Positions 49,623 to 60,033 are shown, counted from the first letter of the stretch. The stretch is 64,000 nt of DNA from an uncultured archaeon (GCA_964347045.1 CAYFXC010000010.1:41940-105939); one strand, 5' to 3'. Translations and numbers: made by a program. Notes: generated by a model not told the origin, from the sequence alone.

Positions 49623-52133
49623 TTAGAATAAGTCATCAAGCTCATCTTCTCCTGGCATTTTACCATGATCTTGAACATGTTGTTGAAGAAGTTCGGTTTC
49701 TCGTTTTGTGTACATGGGGTCTTCTTCAAATTGGAAGAACTTAGCACTATTTTGTTGTGTCAATTGTTCTTTCAAGGCAGCTTGAAGTCCGTCAGTGCCT
49801 TTGATAATTAAGACAGTTTTTTCTGAGTCTGCTAGTATATACACACCAGGTCCAGATGGAACTTCTTTAACTTGCATCTCATCAAAGATGAGCCAAGCTT
49901 CTGGAGGCATGGTTGGAGGAGTCAAGGATAGGCGGAGATCACATTGAAGACAGCGATGAGCTTCTTTTAGTGCCGTATCAAGAGGAAGCGCTTGTTCAAC
50001 CTCTTCAAAGGATAATACACGTTTTTCTAAAGCAAGCAATGGCAATTGTTTACGATCCCATTTGAAGAAATCTTCATCACGTCCTAACTGGTGGTTGATT
50101 TTCAGATCGCCCGCAAGTTCCTCAAGAAGGGTTCCAGTTCCACCTAAGAATGTATCAATCTGTGAAGCAACCTGACGGCCGGTCGCCATCGCTTCAACCA
50201 CTGATGTAGGCCCTGTAGCAACATCTCCAGCGGCAAATACGCCACGTAATTGTGTTTCCCATGAATTCTCTTTAGTCGCCAAGTTTCCATCTTCTGATTG
50301 TTTCAAATCAACCCCACTACTGATTTTTGATAAGTCAACTGACTGACCAACTGCAAAGAAGACTGTGTCCGCTGTAACGGTTTGCTTAATATCTTCATCA
50401 AAACTTGGGTTGAAACATCCTTCTTCGTCAAAAACACAGGTACACCTAATTAATTCAACTCCAACGACTTTTCCATCTTTACCAAGAATTCTTTGAGGTC
50501 CCCAAGCTGTATGAAGCATTATTCCTTCTTCCACTGCCTGAGAGATTTCCCATTTATGCGCAGGCATTTCTTCATCTGTTTCTAAACAGGTGAGCAGCAC
50601 TTTTTCAGCACCCAACCGAATAGATGTCCGCGCAACATCAATTGCAACGCTACCACCACCAACAACAACAACCTCTTTACCAAGATCTGGTTTTTCTCCA
50701 GCATTCACCTTTTTCAGGAACGTTAATCCTTCATATACCCCAAGAAGATCATGACCTTCGATCACTAGATTTTTACCGACTTGCATTCCGATAGCAAGCA
50801 AAACAGCATCAAAGCTCGCTTTTAGTTTTGTAACAGAGATTTCCGCACCTATGTGAGTGGCGGTTTTAATTTTAATACCCATATTTGTTAGAACTTGAAT
50901 GTCTGAATCTAGAACGGTGCGAGGTAGCCGATAAGTTGGAATTCCGGATCGAAGCATTCCTCCTGGTTCCTGTTGCTCCTCGAAAACGGTTACATTGTGT
51001 CCCAATCGAGTTAGGTAAAAAGCAGCACTTAATCCAGCAGGTCCGGATCCGACGATTGCAACTCCTTTTCCTGTTGAAGGGAGATTCGACATTTTGGATT
51101 TCCATTGACCGGTATCGTTCTCAACTGCAATACGTTTGAGTCCCATTATACACAAAGCACCATTAAGATCAATTCGCCGGCATTTCTTTTCACAGGGATG
51201 ATGACATACATGTGCTAAAACGGACGGAAGAGCGGCCTTTTCCCTAATAACTGCGGTTGCTTGCGAGTAATCACCTGCGGCTACCAGTCGGATATAGCGT
51301 GGAATATCGATCTGTAGGGGACAATTATTGACACATGGTAACAGGACTGCTTCTCGATTAGCCCAGATAACTTCCTTATCTAATAAAGCACCAGTTGGAC
51401 ATACTTCAACACAGGCACCACAGAATTTGCAGCCGGATTCACCTAAGCTTTGAGCTGTTGATCCCACAACAAAATTCTCACCATCAAAAGCCAACCCTAA
51501 TGCATCGATGCTACGAAGATTACTACATGCCCTGATACAGCGAGTGCAGCCAATGCACAAATTGTAGTCCCGAATAATCAATGGTTCATTACCGATTTTG
51601 GGAAGTTTCTGTGGAATAAAGCGTGGAGTGGCTTCTTTAATGCCAATATATTCTGCGACTTTTTGGAGTTCACATCGTCCAAATTTTTCACAACATCTTT
51701 CATCAACGGGAACATTAGGGGGGCAGGGTTCACGGGCGCAGCCTTCTCGTTGTGCACAGGTTAAACACGCATGGGGATGAGTGGCTAATATTAATGATAA
51801 CTTGTCTTGACGGTGAGTTACAATTTCTGGGGTATCAATGAGAATAACCATTCCTTCTTCAACTTGAGTATCACAAGCCTGATGGATTCCATCTCGCCCT
51901 TCAATCTCAACCGCACATAGACCACAGCCCTCATATTTTGTGTCATCTCCAATGTTCTTGATTTCTTGAGTTCCACGAAAAATACTACCCGTAGTCTTCG
52001 TTCCCACCCCAGATGATAATTCAGGGTGATAACACAATCGGGGAATGTACACCGCCACAGAGTCAGCTGCAGTTAGGATGTTAGATTTTTCATCAACCTC
52101 GGCTTTTTTACCATTTATTGTCAGTGTAACCAT
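49623..52133 (-). CDS. BzdV-like NAD(P)H:ferredoxin oxidoreductase (2Fe-2S/4Fe-4S plus GltD-like FAD domain)
   Basis: IPRLCYH, CGLC, CIGCTRC, CKFCGACVEVCP, GSGPAG, GIPTYRLP, GGGSVAID, AAGD, RCLQC. Confidence 0.88.
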   Translation of the reverse strand: MVTLTINGKKAEVDEKSNILTAADSVAVYIPRLCYHPELSSGVGTKTTGSIFRGTQEIKNIGDDTKYEGCGLCAVEIEGRDGIHQACDTQVEEGMVILIDTPEIVTHRQDKLSLILATHPHACLTCAQREGCAREPCPPNVPVDERCCEKFGRCELQKVAEYIGIKEATPRFIPQKLPKIGNEPLIIRDYNLCIGCTRCIRACSNLRSIDALGLAFDGENFVVGSTAQSLGESGCKFCGACVEVCPTGALLDKEVIWANREAVLLPCVNNCPLQIDIPRYIRLVAAGDYSQATAVIREKAALPSVLAHVCHHPCEKKCRRIDLNGALCIMGLKRIAVENDTGQWKSKMSNLPSTGKGVAIVGSGPAGLSAAFYLTRLGHNVTVFEEQQEPGGMLRSGIPTYRLPRTVLDSDIQVLTNMGIKIKTATHIGAEISVTKLKASFDAVLLAIGMQVGKNLVIEGHDLLGVYEGLTFLKKVNAGEKPDLGKEVVVVGGGSVAIDVARTSIRLGAEKVLLTCLETDEEMPAHKWEISQAVEEGIMLHTAWGPQRILGKDGKVVGVELIRCTCVFDEEGCFNPSFDEDIKQTVTADTVFFAVGQSVDLSKISSGVDLKQSEDGNLATKENSWETQLRGVFAAGDVATGPTSVVEAMATGRQVASQIDTFLGGTGTLLEELAGDLKINHQLGRDEDFFKWDRKQLPLLALEKRVLSFEEVEQALPLDTALKEAHRCLQCDLRLSLTPPTMPPEAWLIFDEMQVKEVPSGPGVYILADSEKTVLIIKGTDGLQAALKEQLTQQNSAKFFQFEEDPMYTKRETELLQQHVQDHGKMPGEDELDDLF

Positions 52134-52199
52134 TGGGTTCGACCTTCTTAGCGGTTATCGAGAACTGGAAAGACGGAATTTGAGACGATTATACCCGAG

Positions 52200-52517
52200 C
52201 TAAAGGACCCGGCCTTTTGCGTTACTTAGGAAATGTGCGATGGCGTGAGTTGGACAAGCATTAGTACACGGCGGATCAACTTCCCCACTTGTTGGTTTAC
52301 ATGGAGCACAACTGTATTTGAGTTTGTGGCGATGTTCTTTTCGAACACCCATGATGTTACCATCTTCGATTTCGAACTCGTTTGGGATGACTTCTAACAC
52401 TGAAGCGGGACAAACTTCCACACATTTCCCACACCCATCACATTTGTCCGTATCTAGAGTTATGAAATATTCTCCAGAACCATCCTTGTAGCCATAATTT
52501 GCAATCAACACTTTCAC
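52200..52517 (-). CDS. bzdM: BzdM-type ferredoxin
   Basis: ANYGYKDGSG, CDGCGKCVEVCP, LKYSCAPCKP...CTNACP; directly after bzdQ. Confidence 0.85.
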   Translation of the reverse strand: MKVLIANYGYKDGSGEYFITLDTDKCDGCGKCVEVCPASVLEVIPNEFEIEDGNIMGVRKEHRHKLKYSCAPCKPTSGEVDPPCTNACPTHAIAHFLSNAKGRVL

Positions 52518-52526
52518 CTATAGGAA

Positions 52527-53432
52527 CTAGCTTTTTCCTTGAGCTCGTTCATAGAGTACCTTAGCAAATAATGCGGCTCCTGCAGCGCCTGCTAGCATGG
52601 GGTCAAATCGTGGATCATCACGCCATTGGTCTGGTTTGAGAGCCTGAATTCCTAACTCTTTTTCAACGCGTTTAACTATTCCGATGTTTTTGGCAATCCC
52701 ACCAGTGATAACAAATTCTTTCTCAACGCCAACTCGATTCAGCAGGTCTACAACACGATGTGCCATGGCTTGGCAATAAGCTGCTAGGACCTCATCTTTT
52801 GACCATCCACTTCGAAGAAGTCCAACAGCCTCAGATTTAGCAAAAACTACACAAGTGCTGCTCACTGATTGAGGTTCTTCTTTCACTGCAAATGATCGAT
52901 CTCCAACTTCTTGAATAGGGACCGATAGAAGATCGGCAAATACTTCCATGCCACGACCAGTTCCTGCGGCGCATTTATCATTCATGAGAAAGTTTTGGAC
53001 TTTTCCTTTTTCATCAACGCGAATGGCTTTACAATCTTGTCCGCCCATATCCAGAACGGTTCGTACTGATGGTCCCCACATGAAGTTTGCTCCGCGTCCA
53101 TGACAAGCGATTTCTGTAATCGCTTTTTGTGCGAAAGGTATATTGACCCGACCATAGCCAGTTCCCACAACATAATGAACATCTTTGAGTGTAAGCCCCG
53201 TATCTTCAAGAGCCCAGTTCATTGTTCGCTCAGCGCTGTCAGGACTACTTGACCCTGTTCGCATCACACTCTGTGCAAAAACTTCGCCATTAACCATGAT
53301 TACAGTCTTCGAACTGACAGATCCAATGTCAACTCCTCCACTAATCACCTTCCCATCTTTGGGGTCGATGCCTTCAACTGTATGACGATATTCTGGCCAT
53401 CTCCAAAATTCCTTTTTTGTCATTTTCATCAC
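52527..53432 (-). CDS. bzdQ: Benzoyl-CoA reductase (bzd-type) ATP-binding subunit Q
   Basis: FWRWPE N-terminus, GVDIGSVSSK, GTGYGR, EIACH, DMGGQDCK, NDKCAAGTG, STCVVFA. Confidence 0.92.
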   Translation of the reverse strand: MMKMTKKEFWRWPEYRHTVEGIDPKDGKVISGGVDIGSVSSKTVIMVNGEVFAQSVMRTGSSSPDSAERTMNWALEDTGLTLKDVHYVVGTGYGRVNIPFAQKAITEIACHGRGANFMWGPSVRTVLDMGGQDCKAIRVDEKGKVQNFLMNDKCAAGTGRGMEVFADLLSVPIQEVGDRSFAVKEEPQSVSSTCVVFAKSEAVGLLRSGWSKDEVLAAYCQAMAHRVVDLLNRVGVEKEFVITGGIAKNIGIVKRVEKELGIQALKPDQWRDDPRFDPMLAGAAGAALFAKVLYERAQGKS

Positions 53433-54205
53433 TTCTTTGCCCGCTCCTTGGCTACCAGGGCTGCACCGTAGGCACTTGCATATTCAGGAAACTCAGGCAC
53501 ATGAACCTCCACACCTAATCCCCGTTTCATTGAATCAACAAAGCCAACATCATAGGCTAAACCTCCAACCAGAAGGACATCTTCTGTAATCCCCAACCTT
53601 CTAACCATTGAAACCACACGTTCGGCAATTGCGTCATGAATTGCGCGGGCAATATTTGCTTTCGGTGTCTGAGCATGAATTAGTGATACTACCTCGGATT
53701 CAGCGAAAACAGTACATTGAGCATTCATAGGAACTGCTTCAGTGGCTTCCAAAGACATAGAACCCATTTGCTTTAGTTCAACTTCGAGTGCACGAGACAT
53801 AGCTTCAACAAATGCACCTGCGCCAGCAGCACATCGTTCATTCACGACAAAATCTTCCATACCACCGAATTCGTCACATTTAACAGCCCGAGCTTCCTCA
53901 GCTCCAACATCGATAATGGTCCGAGCTGAAGATAATAAACTAACCCCTGCTTTTGCATTCGCTCCAACTTCGCTTACACTATCGGATGCAAACTCTACTG
54001 AGCCTTGACCAATTCCTGTTTCTGTGATGTGGCTAATTTCATCAAGATTCAATCCTGCTGCCTGTAGAGCCATCTCAGAGGCATCTTTGACTGCAATCTT
54101 GAGATCAAATCCTGTCAAGGCAGATCCTCGAGCAACTATCTTTCCATCATCGAGGATGACAACCTTCACATTCTTAGCGCCAAAGTCAATTCCTGCAGTT
54201 ATCAA
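53429..54205 (-). CDS. bzdP: Benzoyl-CoA reductase (bzd-type) ATP-binding subunit P
   Basis: GIDFGAK, DVGAEEAR, NERCAAGAG, NAQCTVFAESE. Confidence 0.9.
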   Translation of the reverse strand: MITAGIDFGAKNVKVVILDDGKIVARGSALTGFDLKIAVKDASEMALQAAGLNLDEISHITETGIGQGSVEFASDSVSEVGANAKAGVSLLSSARTIIDVGAEEARAVKCDEFGGMEDFVVNERCAAGAGAFVEAMSRALEVELKQMGSMSLEATEAVPMNAQCTVFAESEVVSLIHAQTPKANIARAIHDAIAERVVSMVRRLGITEDVLLVGGLAYDVGFVDSMKRGLGVEVHVPEFPEYASAYGAALVAKERAKK

Positions 54206-54218
54206 ATCTATCTGCCTC

Positions 54219-55526
54219 CTACTTAACCCCCAATAGTTCCAAGAAGGAATCTACCGCTTTCTTCGTACGTTCCAAATCGAATTCTCGTTCATCACCCATA
54301 TTCCCTTCAAAGGGAAGAACTGGGACACCTGCTTCCTTGAATGCAAGACGGTTCTCTGCAATATTCAACGTCAAACCTTCACACCCACGATTATAATGCA
54401 GCATAACACCATCAACTTTCCATTCTCGAACAATGCGAAGCATCATATCGCTTTTTTCGTGAGCGGAATAGAAGTGTTGCCATTCAGGTCGAGAATGGGT
54501 CCAATCAACTAGAATTTCAAGAGCCTGCTTTCGAGAAGTAATATCAATTCCTTGTTCTTGTGGAGTTGTTCTGGGACCCCAAGTTCCATCGTCTTTCACT
54601 TCCCATGCCCCAATCAAAGAAAAAGTGTAAAGCGAGCCAACTGACACCACACCGTAGGATTCGAGATATCGGAAAACCTCAAGAAATCCCCAAGGAGGTT
54701 GGGTGTCCGTAATAACACGGCGTCGTTCATTACCCACTGCTGCGATTTTATTATCTACTCGGCTTTGAACTTCGTCACGAAGTTTTCGATAGAATGCCAC
54801 AACCTCGGGGCGATGTTTCATGATCGTTCCAAACACATAGAGCGAATACATCGTCTTTTCATCAAGTGGTGCCGGAATGGTCTTATTCATTTCACAAATC
54901 TCAGCCCAAAGAGAAGTAGCCTCACATTCATTATAGACAGCTTGGATTAGTTTTGCATCATCATAGTCTCGACCAGTAGTTTTTTCCAACCAGTTGATTC
55001 CATCCAACAATTGATTAACCACATATTCACGCCGTCGGTCGTTGAAATCCCGAGATAATCCTGTGCTTACATCAATACAGAAGAAAGGCACACCTCCTTC
55101 CAGGTCACTTGCGATTTGATACCATTTCGCATGACTACAGCAAATATGGGTTGTCCACATGAAATCTGGTTTAGGAAACTTGCCTCCAAACACATATTCA
55201 TCTAATACTACTGAGCCAAGATAATTTCGTAAATACGCACATAAATCACGGGCAAACCCTTTCGCTTCGATAGCTTCCTGACATCTAGCAGCAAATTCCT
55301 TATTGAAGGCAATTGAAGCCCCATATGGTTCCCCAGTCAGACTCCATACATCGTCTCCTAGACCTGCAGGAACCGCACTATAGGCCCACGCGCCACCAGC
55401 CCACCGGATTCCACCCTTCTCATGAGCTTTTGCATAATTGTCATAATATTGTTGTCGTAAAGCTTTCCCTTCATTCCAGATTTCTAAAGGTTTAGTTTGA
55501 TATTTCATTTCAGTCAATTTAATCAC
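54219..55526 (-). CDS. bzdO: Benzoyl-CoA reductase (bzd-type) subunit O
   Basis: LTGEPYGAS, RDLCAY, HICCSHAKW, TQPPW, HYNRGCEG. Confidence 0.92.
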   Translation of the reverse strand: MIKLTEMKYQTKPLEIWNEGKALRQQYYDNYAKAHEKGGIRWAGGAWAYSAVPAGLGDDVWSLTGEPYGASIAFNKEFAARCQEAIEAKGFARDLCAYLRNYLGSVVLDEYVFGGKFPKPDFMWTTHICCSHAKWYQIASDLEGGVPFFCIDVSTGLSRDFNDRRREYVVNQLLDGINWLEKTTGRDYDDAKLIQAVYNECEATSLWAEICEMNKTIPAPLDEKTMYSLYVFGTIMKHRPEVVAFYRKLRDEVQSRVDNKIAAVGNERRRVITDTQPPWGFLEVFRYLESYGVVSVGSLYTFSLIGAWEVKDDGTWGPRTTPQEQGIDITSRKQALEILVDWTHSRPEWQHFYSAHEKSDMMLRIVREWKVDGVMLHYNRGCEGLTLNIAENRLAFKEAGVPVLPFEGNMGDEREFDLERTKKAVDSFLELLGVK

Positions 55527-56651
55527 CTAAAACAGGTCGGGTAATGCAAACGTTTCTAAAAACGCTTCAACACGAGTCTTAAACTGTCCAATTGGTACGG
55601 TCACATCAAATTCTAAAAAGTAGGTTGGGATACTATTCTCTTCAAGCATTTTCCGTAAAGCCGGCATGTCCAATTCATGGGGATCACAGAATTTTTGTTG
55701 AATAACAAGGGCGCCCTGAACATTGTAATCTTTTGCCAGTTGTAAAATATGTGGGAATCGTTTTCGCTCAGGCCAATCTTTACTGGGACAAGGCGGTCGA
55801 TCAATGTACCGGGCGGCTATAGCAGCCAAACGATCTTCTTGCGGATCAACTTCGTTCCAGAAATATCGGGTACCCGTGCAATGTTCATCAACTACTAGCG
55901 TGGAATCTAAAGACTCCACCATTTTAACGAATTCCGTGTCGTCATCTTCACTTCCTATAATCATAAGGCGGGTTCCGGTTTTCCTGTCAAGTTTCCGATT
56001 CGGTAGTTCTTTGAGCACTGCTTCCAGTGCTTGATTATGTTCTTGCTTATCGACCATTTGACTAGAAACAACCATGTACATAGCCTCTAACCCCGTCAGT
56101 GGGGGATCTTCCTGTTTTCGAAACTCATACACTTGTTTCATCAGTTGACGGTTCTTGTCTACAACTTCAATGCCCTGATCTAGATCCCTATCTGAAATAG
56201 GACGTCCAATCCACTGCTCCAATGCTTTCTTGAAAACTTCCAGTTCACCCCGTAAATATGAATAGGCATGTGGTGTTTGGATTCCGTGGGGAGTATACAG
56301 GTAGTAACTGAACTCTTGTGGAATGTGCTTTACCCAGCTATTGTATGTTTGGCGAATATGGAGACACGATTGGGCGATCATGATGCCATTTAGGTAATCG
56401 TATCGACCTTTCAATCCTTGAGCTAAGCAGTCACGGCAAAATGGACAAAACATCCCAAATATATGAGGTTCGGTCACATCTTGGGCTTCATGACTACCCA
56501 AGATGCGAACAGGGAGGATATCAGCAGCAAAAAGGAGTTCTTCAGGGACATAGGTGCAGAAGTAACCGAGTACTTTTCCACCCGTTTCTTTTTTCCAGGC
56601 TTTTGCATAGTCATGACGATTTTCATACCATTCTTTAAATTTTTCAAACAT
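55527..56651 (-). CDS. bzdN: Benzoyl-CoA reductase (bzd-type) subunit N
   Basis: FCTYVPEE, MFCPFCRD, QSCLH, EHCTGTRY, PCP, QKFCDPH; start ATG 56651. Confidence 0.92.
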   Translation of the reverse strand: MFEKFKEWYENRHDYAKAWKKETGGKVLGYFCTYVPEELLFAADILPVRILGSHEAQDVTEPHIFGMFCPFCRDCLAQGLKGRYDYLNGIMIAQSCLHIRQTYNSWVKHIPQEFSYYLYTPHGIQTPHAYSYLRGELEVFKKALEQWIGRPISDRDLDQGIEVVDKNRQLMKQVYEFRKQEDPPLTGLEAMYMVVSSQMVDKQEHNQALEAVLKELPNRKLDRKTGTRLMIIGSEDDDTEFVKMVESLDSTLVVDEHCTGTRYFWNEVDPQEDRLAAIAARYIDRPPCPSKDWPERKRFPHILQLAKDYNVQGALVIQQKFCDPHELDMPALRKMLEENSIPTYFLEFDVTVPIGQFKTRVEAFLETFALPDLF

Positions 56652-56822
56652 GGGGATCTTCCTATCCTCAAACACTTGGGTATGGAGTGTTTTTTTCAAA
56701 CGGTATGAGTATCAAATTCCTTAAGAATTTTTGCAAAAACGTTTTATAGCGATGAATACTTATTCTATATTGATAAAAAGATTTACCATAATTATCCACA
56801 TAATAATAAAGGAGTTCTTCAA

Positions 56823-57158
56823 ATGACTGATTGGTATTCAGATAGGATTCGAGGGTTACTTTCAGCCATTACTCATCCATCACGGGTGGCAATATTAGAA
56901 TTCTTGTTCGACCGTGATTTTGGGACAAACAAATCGCTTAGGCAATATCTGAAAGCATTACGACCTCAAACGGGAGGCGATTCACCGGCTGTAGTTACCC
57001 ATCATGTTTCTCTACTTGAGAAAACTAAGTTGGTTAGACATTCAGATGAAGACGCACGGATTATTGTAGCTACAGCCTTTGGGCGCAGAATGATTAGATT
57101 GCTTAGGCAGATGGTGACAAACTCAGATCTGGATGAATCCTGGGATCGCTCGCTTTAA
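56823..57158 (+). CDS. ArsR-like winged-HTH regulator, divergent from bzdN
   Basis: AITHPSRVAILEFL...VVTHHVSLLEKTKLV...ATAFGR. Confidence 0.7.
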   Translation: MTDWYSDRIRGLLSAITHPSRVAILEFLFDRDFGTNKSLRQYLKALRPQTGGDSPAVVTHHVSLLEKTKLVRHSDEDARIIVATAFGRRMIRLLRQMVTNSDLDESWDRSL

Positions 57159-57799
57159 AGGTTAAATCCTTGATCACGAAGAACTTGAGTTAGATTTTTT
57201 CCTTGGTCACGGGCTCTTTGAAGGAAAAATCGGAGGTAGCGATCAAAGAAAGGATTACTGCCCTTTGCAGCCAAAGGGATTCCAAGGACCAGGTCGCCTT
57301 TAATTAAATCTAATCGTTGTGCAGCCATCCCTACGGACCACATCATTCGATTATCTATGAAGTGTTGGGCTGCTACTGTTGTTGCAGAGGAAAGGGCGAT
57401 ACCTAAATCCAGAATTTTGAAGGCACAGAGGGCTGTAGTTTTGTTTTGACGGATGGCTTCTTCGTAATCAGCGCAAGTTTCGTAGCCACAGGCTTGACAA
57501 TCGAGGGATAGCGGAGGACGCTTAGCATGGATTCCGATTAGGAAAATGGCTGCACTTTCTTTTACAGCTTCAGCATCAGGTTCCAAAAACCAGAAAGTTT
57601 GGCTTGTAAGATCTTCTTTTCGCATTTTTAGGATTTCTTTGACTATCTGCTTAATTGTGGCTCCGGACACAATTTCTATGGTAAGATCATCGAAGCCCTT
57701 GGATTTGGGTGCGGTTGTGGCTGCAGCCGCCATTAAATTTGCAACGTTTTTGATTGCCTCGTCGGTGAGTTTACCTCTTTTTGTTGGAATTTCATTCAC
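57155..57799 (-). CDS. DUF2148-type ferredoxin-domain protein
   Basis: AATTAPKSKG, DCQACGYETC, LCAFKILDLGIA, IDNRMM, GSNPFFDR. Confidence 0.8.
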   Translation of the reverse strand: MNEIPTKRGKLTDEAIKNVANLMAAAATTAPKSKGFDDLTIEIVSGATIKQIVKEILKMRKEDLTSQTFWFLEPDAEAVKESAAIFLIGIHAKRPPLSLDCQACGYETCADYEEAIRQNKTTALCAFKILDLGIALSSATTVAAQHFIDNRMMWSVGMAAQRLDLIKGDLVLGIPLAAKGSNPFFDRYLRFFLQRARDQGKNLTQVLRDQGFNL

Positions 57800-57845
57800 C
57801 TTTATACAGGGAGTTTTTCCACATAACTAGAAGTGTTGTTTTTGC

Positions 57846-59135
57846 TCAATCCGTAGGTTTCTTCCCAGTAACAGCCTTTACGATATTCCAGAATTCGTCT
57901 TCTTTCAAACCAAGGCGTGTCTCTCGAAGGAGTTCGGCTGCGTTTTGTAATTGTCGAAGCATTTCTACCTTGTCTCGAAGTTTGTGTGTCTCTTTAACTT
58001 GTAATAAAATTTGCAATATTTGTTCATCTGTGGCTTCAATTTTCTTTTGTTCAAGTTTTGTTTTTACAATTTGGCTCCCGGTGTGTTTTCCCATATAGAA
58101 CTCTGTTTTCCGTCCAACAGTTTCTGCAGGGATAGGTTCGTAGGTTAGTCGATGGGAGAGGATGCCATGAACGTGGATGCCCGCTTCATGTGAAAAAGCG
58201 TTTTCGCCAGTGATTGCTTTATGAACTGGAAGAAGGATAGCAAACGATTTGCTAACAAGTTCAGCAAGTTCTTGAATTCTTTCGGTTTTTATGCCAGTTC
58301 GAATACCATAGAGAATTTCTAAGGCCATAACCACTTCTTCGAAGGGGGCATTTCCTGCACGTTCTCCAAAACCGGCAACACAGACATGAGGAACAGAAAC
58401 ACCTTCTTCGATTGCCGCTAGCGTGGTGGCGGTGGCTAATCCAAAATCATTGTGGTTGTGAATTGAGAGAGGAACTTTTCGTTTAACCTCTTTATAGAGG
58501 CGGTCACGGATTTGTGATACCAAATATCGCATCGATTCAGGTCTTAGAAAACCAACGGTATCAGTAATTACGACGCGATCAGCACCAGCCTCGATTGCAG
58601 TTTTGAAAATTTTTACTGTATTTTTAATGCTAGTACGTGAAGTGTCTTCGGTGACGAAATCGACAATCACTCCATGCTTTTTTGCATATTCAACACAGTC
58701 TGTCACGATATGTAGCGCTTCTTCTGGGGTTTTCTTCAACTTGTATTTCAAATGAAGGTTGCTGAACGCAATGAAAATTGGTACTTCTTCTGCTCCTGAT
58801 TGAATTGCTATATCGATATCTGATTTGATGGCGCGAGCCGGAGCGCATAATTTAGCCTGTTTGAAACCCTCTGCAGCAATTCGGCGGACAACTTCTTGTT
58901 CGTCTTTCGAAACTGCAGGAAACCCAACGTTGATAATGGATATTCCCATTTCATCCATCAGTTTTGCGATTTCGATTTTTTCATCAATTAAAAGACTAGT
59001 TCCAGGAGTTTGTTCACCATCACGAAGGGTTTCATCCCAGATAAGAACTTCAGTGGGCAGATGCTTTGGCTTTGTTTGAAGAACCTTGTTAAAGTTCACA
59101 ATTAGCCCTTCTGCCTCTAATTCGTCAAGCAACAT
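57846..59135 (-). CDS. Homocitrate/isopropylmalate/citramalate synthase family (DRE-TIM)
   Basis: DETLRDGEQTPG, HNHNDFG, GERAGNA, HEAGIH; no LeuA regulatory domain. Confidence 0.9.
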   Translation of the reverse strand: MLLDELEAEGLIVNFNKVLQTKPKHLPTEVLIWDETLRDGEQTPGTSLLIDEKIEIAKLMDEMGISIINVGFPAVSKDEQEVVRRIAAEGFKQAKLCAPARAIKSDIDIAIQSGAEEVPIFIAFSNLHLKYKLKKTPEEALHIVTDCVEYAKKHGVIVDFVTEDTSRTSIKNTVKIFKTAIEAGADRVVITDTVGFLRPESMRYLVSQIRDRLYKEVKRKVPLSIHNHNDFGLATATTLAAIEEGVSVPHVCVAGFGERAGNAPFEEVVMALEILYGIRTGIKTERIQELAELVSKSFAILLPVHKAITGENAFSHEAGIHVHGILSHRLTYEPIPAETVGRKTEFYMGKHTGSQIVKTKLEQKKIEATDEQILQILLQVKETHKLRDKVEMLRQLQNAAELLRETRLGLKEDEFWNIVKAVTGKKPTD

Positions 59136-59241
59136 TAGTCTCAGCCAGCCTGATTAACCAATAAATGATAGTATAGACTTAAGTCTCTTTCTCGTCTATA
59201 TAGCAGGAATCATTGAATTCAAATTTGGAAGGAAAAAAACC

Positions 59242-60018
59242 ATGAATTCTGGATATTCTAATATCAAGATTGAGGTTTCAGATGGTGTAGGTACAATATT
59301 GGTGAATCGACCACCTTTGAATATTCTTGATCAAGATACACTTACAGAACTTCAAATGGCTTTTAAGAATTTAAAGATTAACGATGATGCCAATCTCATT
59401 CTTTTGAAAACGGCTGGTGATCGGTTCTTTTCCGTTGGAGTGGACGTAGAGCAACACCTCCCAACACATGCACCGAAAACATTGACGGCATTTAACAAAG
59501 TGTTTGAAGCACTAATCGATGTTGACAAACCTGTGATCGCTGTGGTTCAAGGATCCGCTCTGGGAGGAGGATGCGAGTTAGCTTTCGCCTGCGATGTGGT
59601 GATTGCCGTTGATTCAGCTAAGTTTGGTCAACCGGAAATTCAGCTTGGGGCCGTGCCCACAATAGCTGCAGCGACTTTGCATCATCTGATTGGTCAAAAA
59701 CGAACTTTTGAACTGCTTTATACTGGTGATAGTATTTCTGCTAAAAAAGCTGAATCGATTGGACTTATTAACCAGGCTGTGCCTGCAGACCAATTAGAAA
59801 ATACTGTCAACGAATTTATTGTAAAACTCAAAGAGCACAGCCCCATAATGCTCCGGTACATTCGTCGGGCTATTTACGAAAGTTTGCACCTTGATTTCAT
59901 GCAAGCTGTTGAAAAATCCACCGAGATTTATCTTGACTCATTAAAAAATACAGAAGATGCTTCAGAAGGACTCAAAGCGTTCTTAGAGAAGCGGAAACCG
60001 GAATGGAAAGGAAAATAG
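59242..60018 (+). CDS. dch: Cyclohexa-1,5-diene-1-carbonyl-CoA hydratase-like enoyl-CoA hydratase (Dch/BzdW)
   Basis: Crotonase motifs FSVGVDVEQHLP, ALGGGCEL, FGQPEI; BCR context. Confidence 0.75.
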   Translation: MNSGYSNIKIEVSDGVGTILVNRPPLNILDQDTLTELQMAFKNLKINDDANLILLKTAGDRFFSVGVDVEQHLPTHAPKTLTAFNKVFEALIDVDKPVIAVVQGSALGGGCELAFACDVVIAVDSAKFGQPEIQLGAVPTIAAATLHHLIGQKRTFELLYTGDSISAKKAESIGLINQAVPADQLENTVNEFIVKLKEHSPIMLRYIRRAIYESLHLDFMQAVEKSTEIYLDSLKNTEDASEGLKAFLEKRKPEWKGK

Positions 60019-60033
60019 TCTTCTGAGAGCGTT

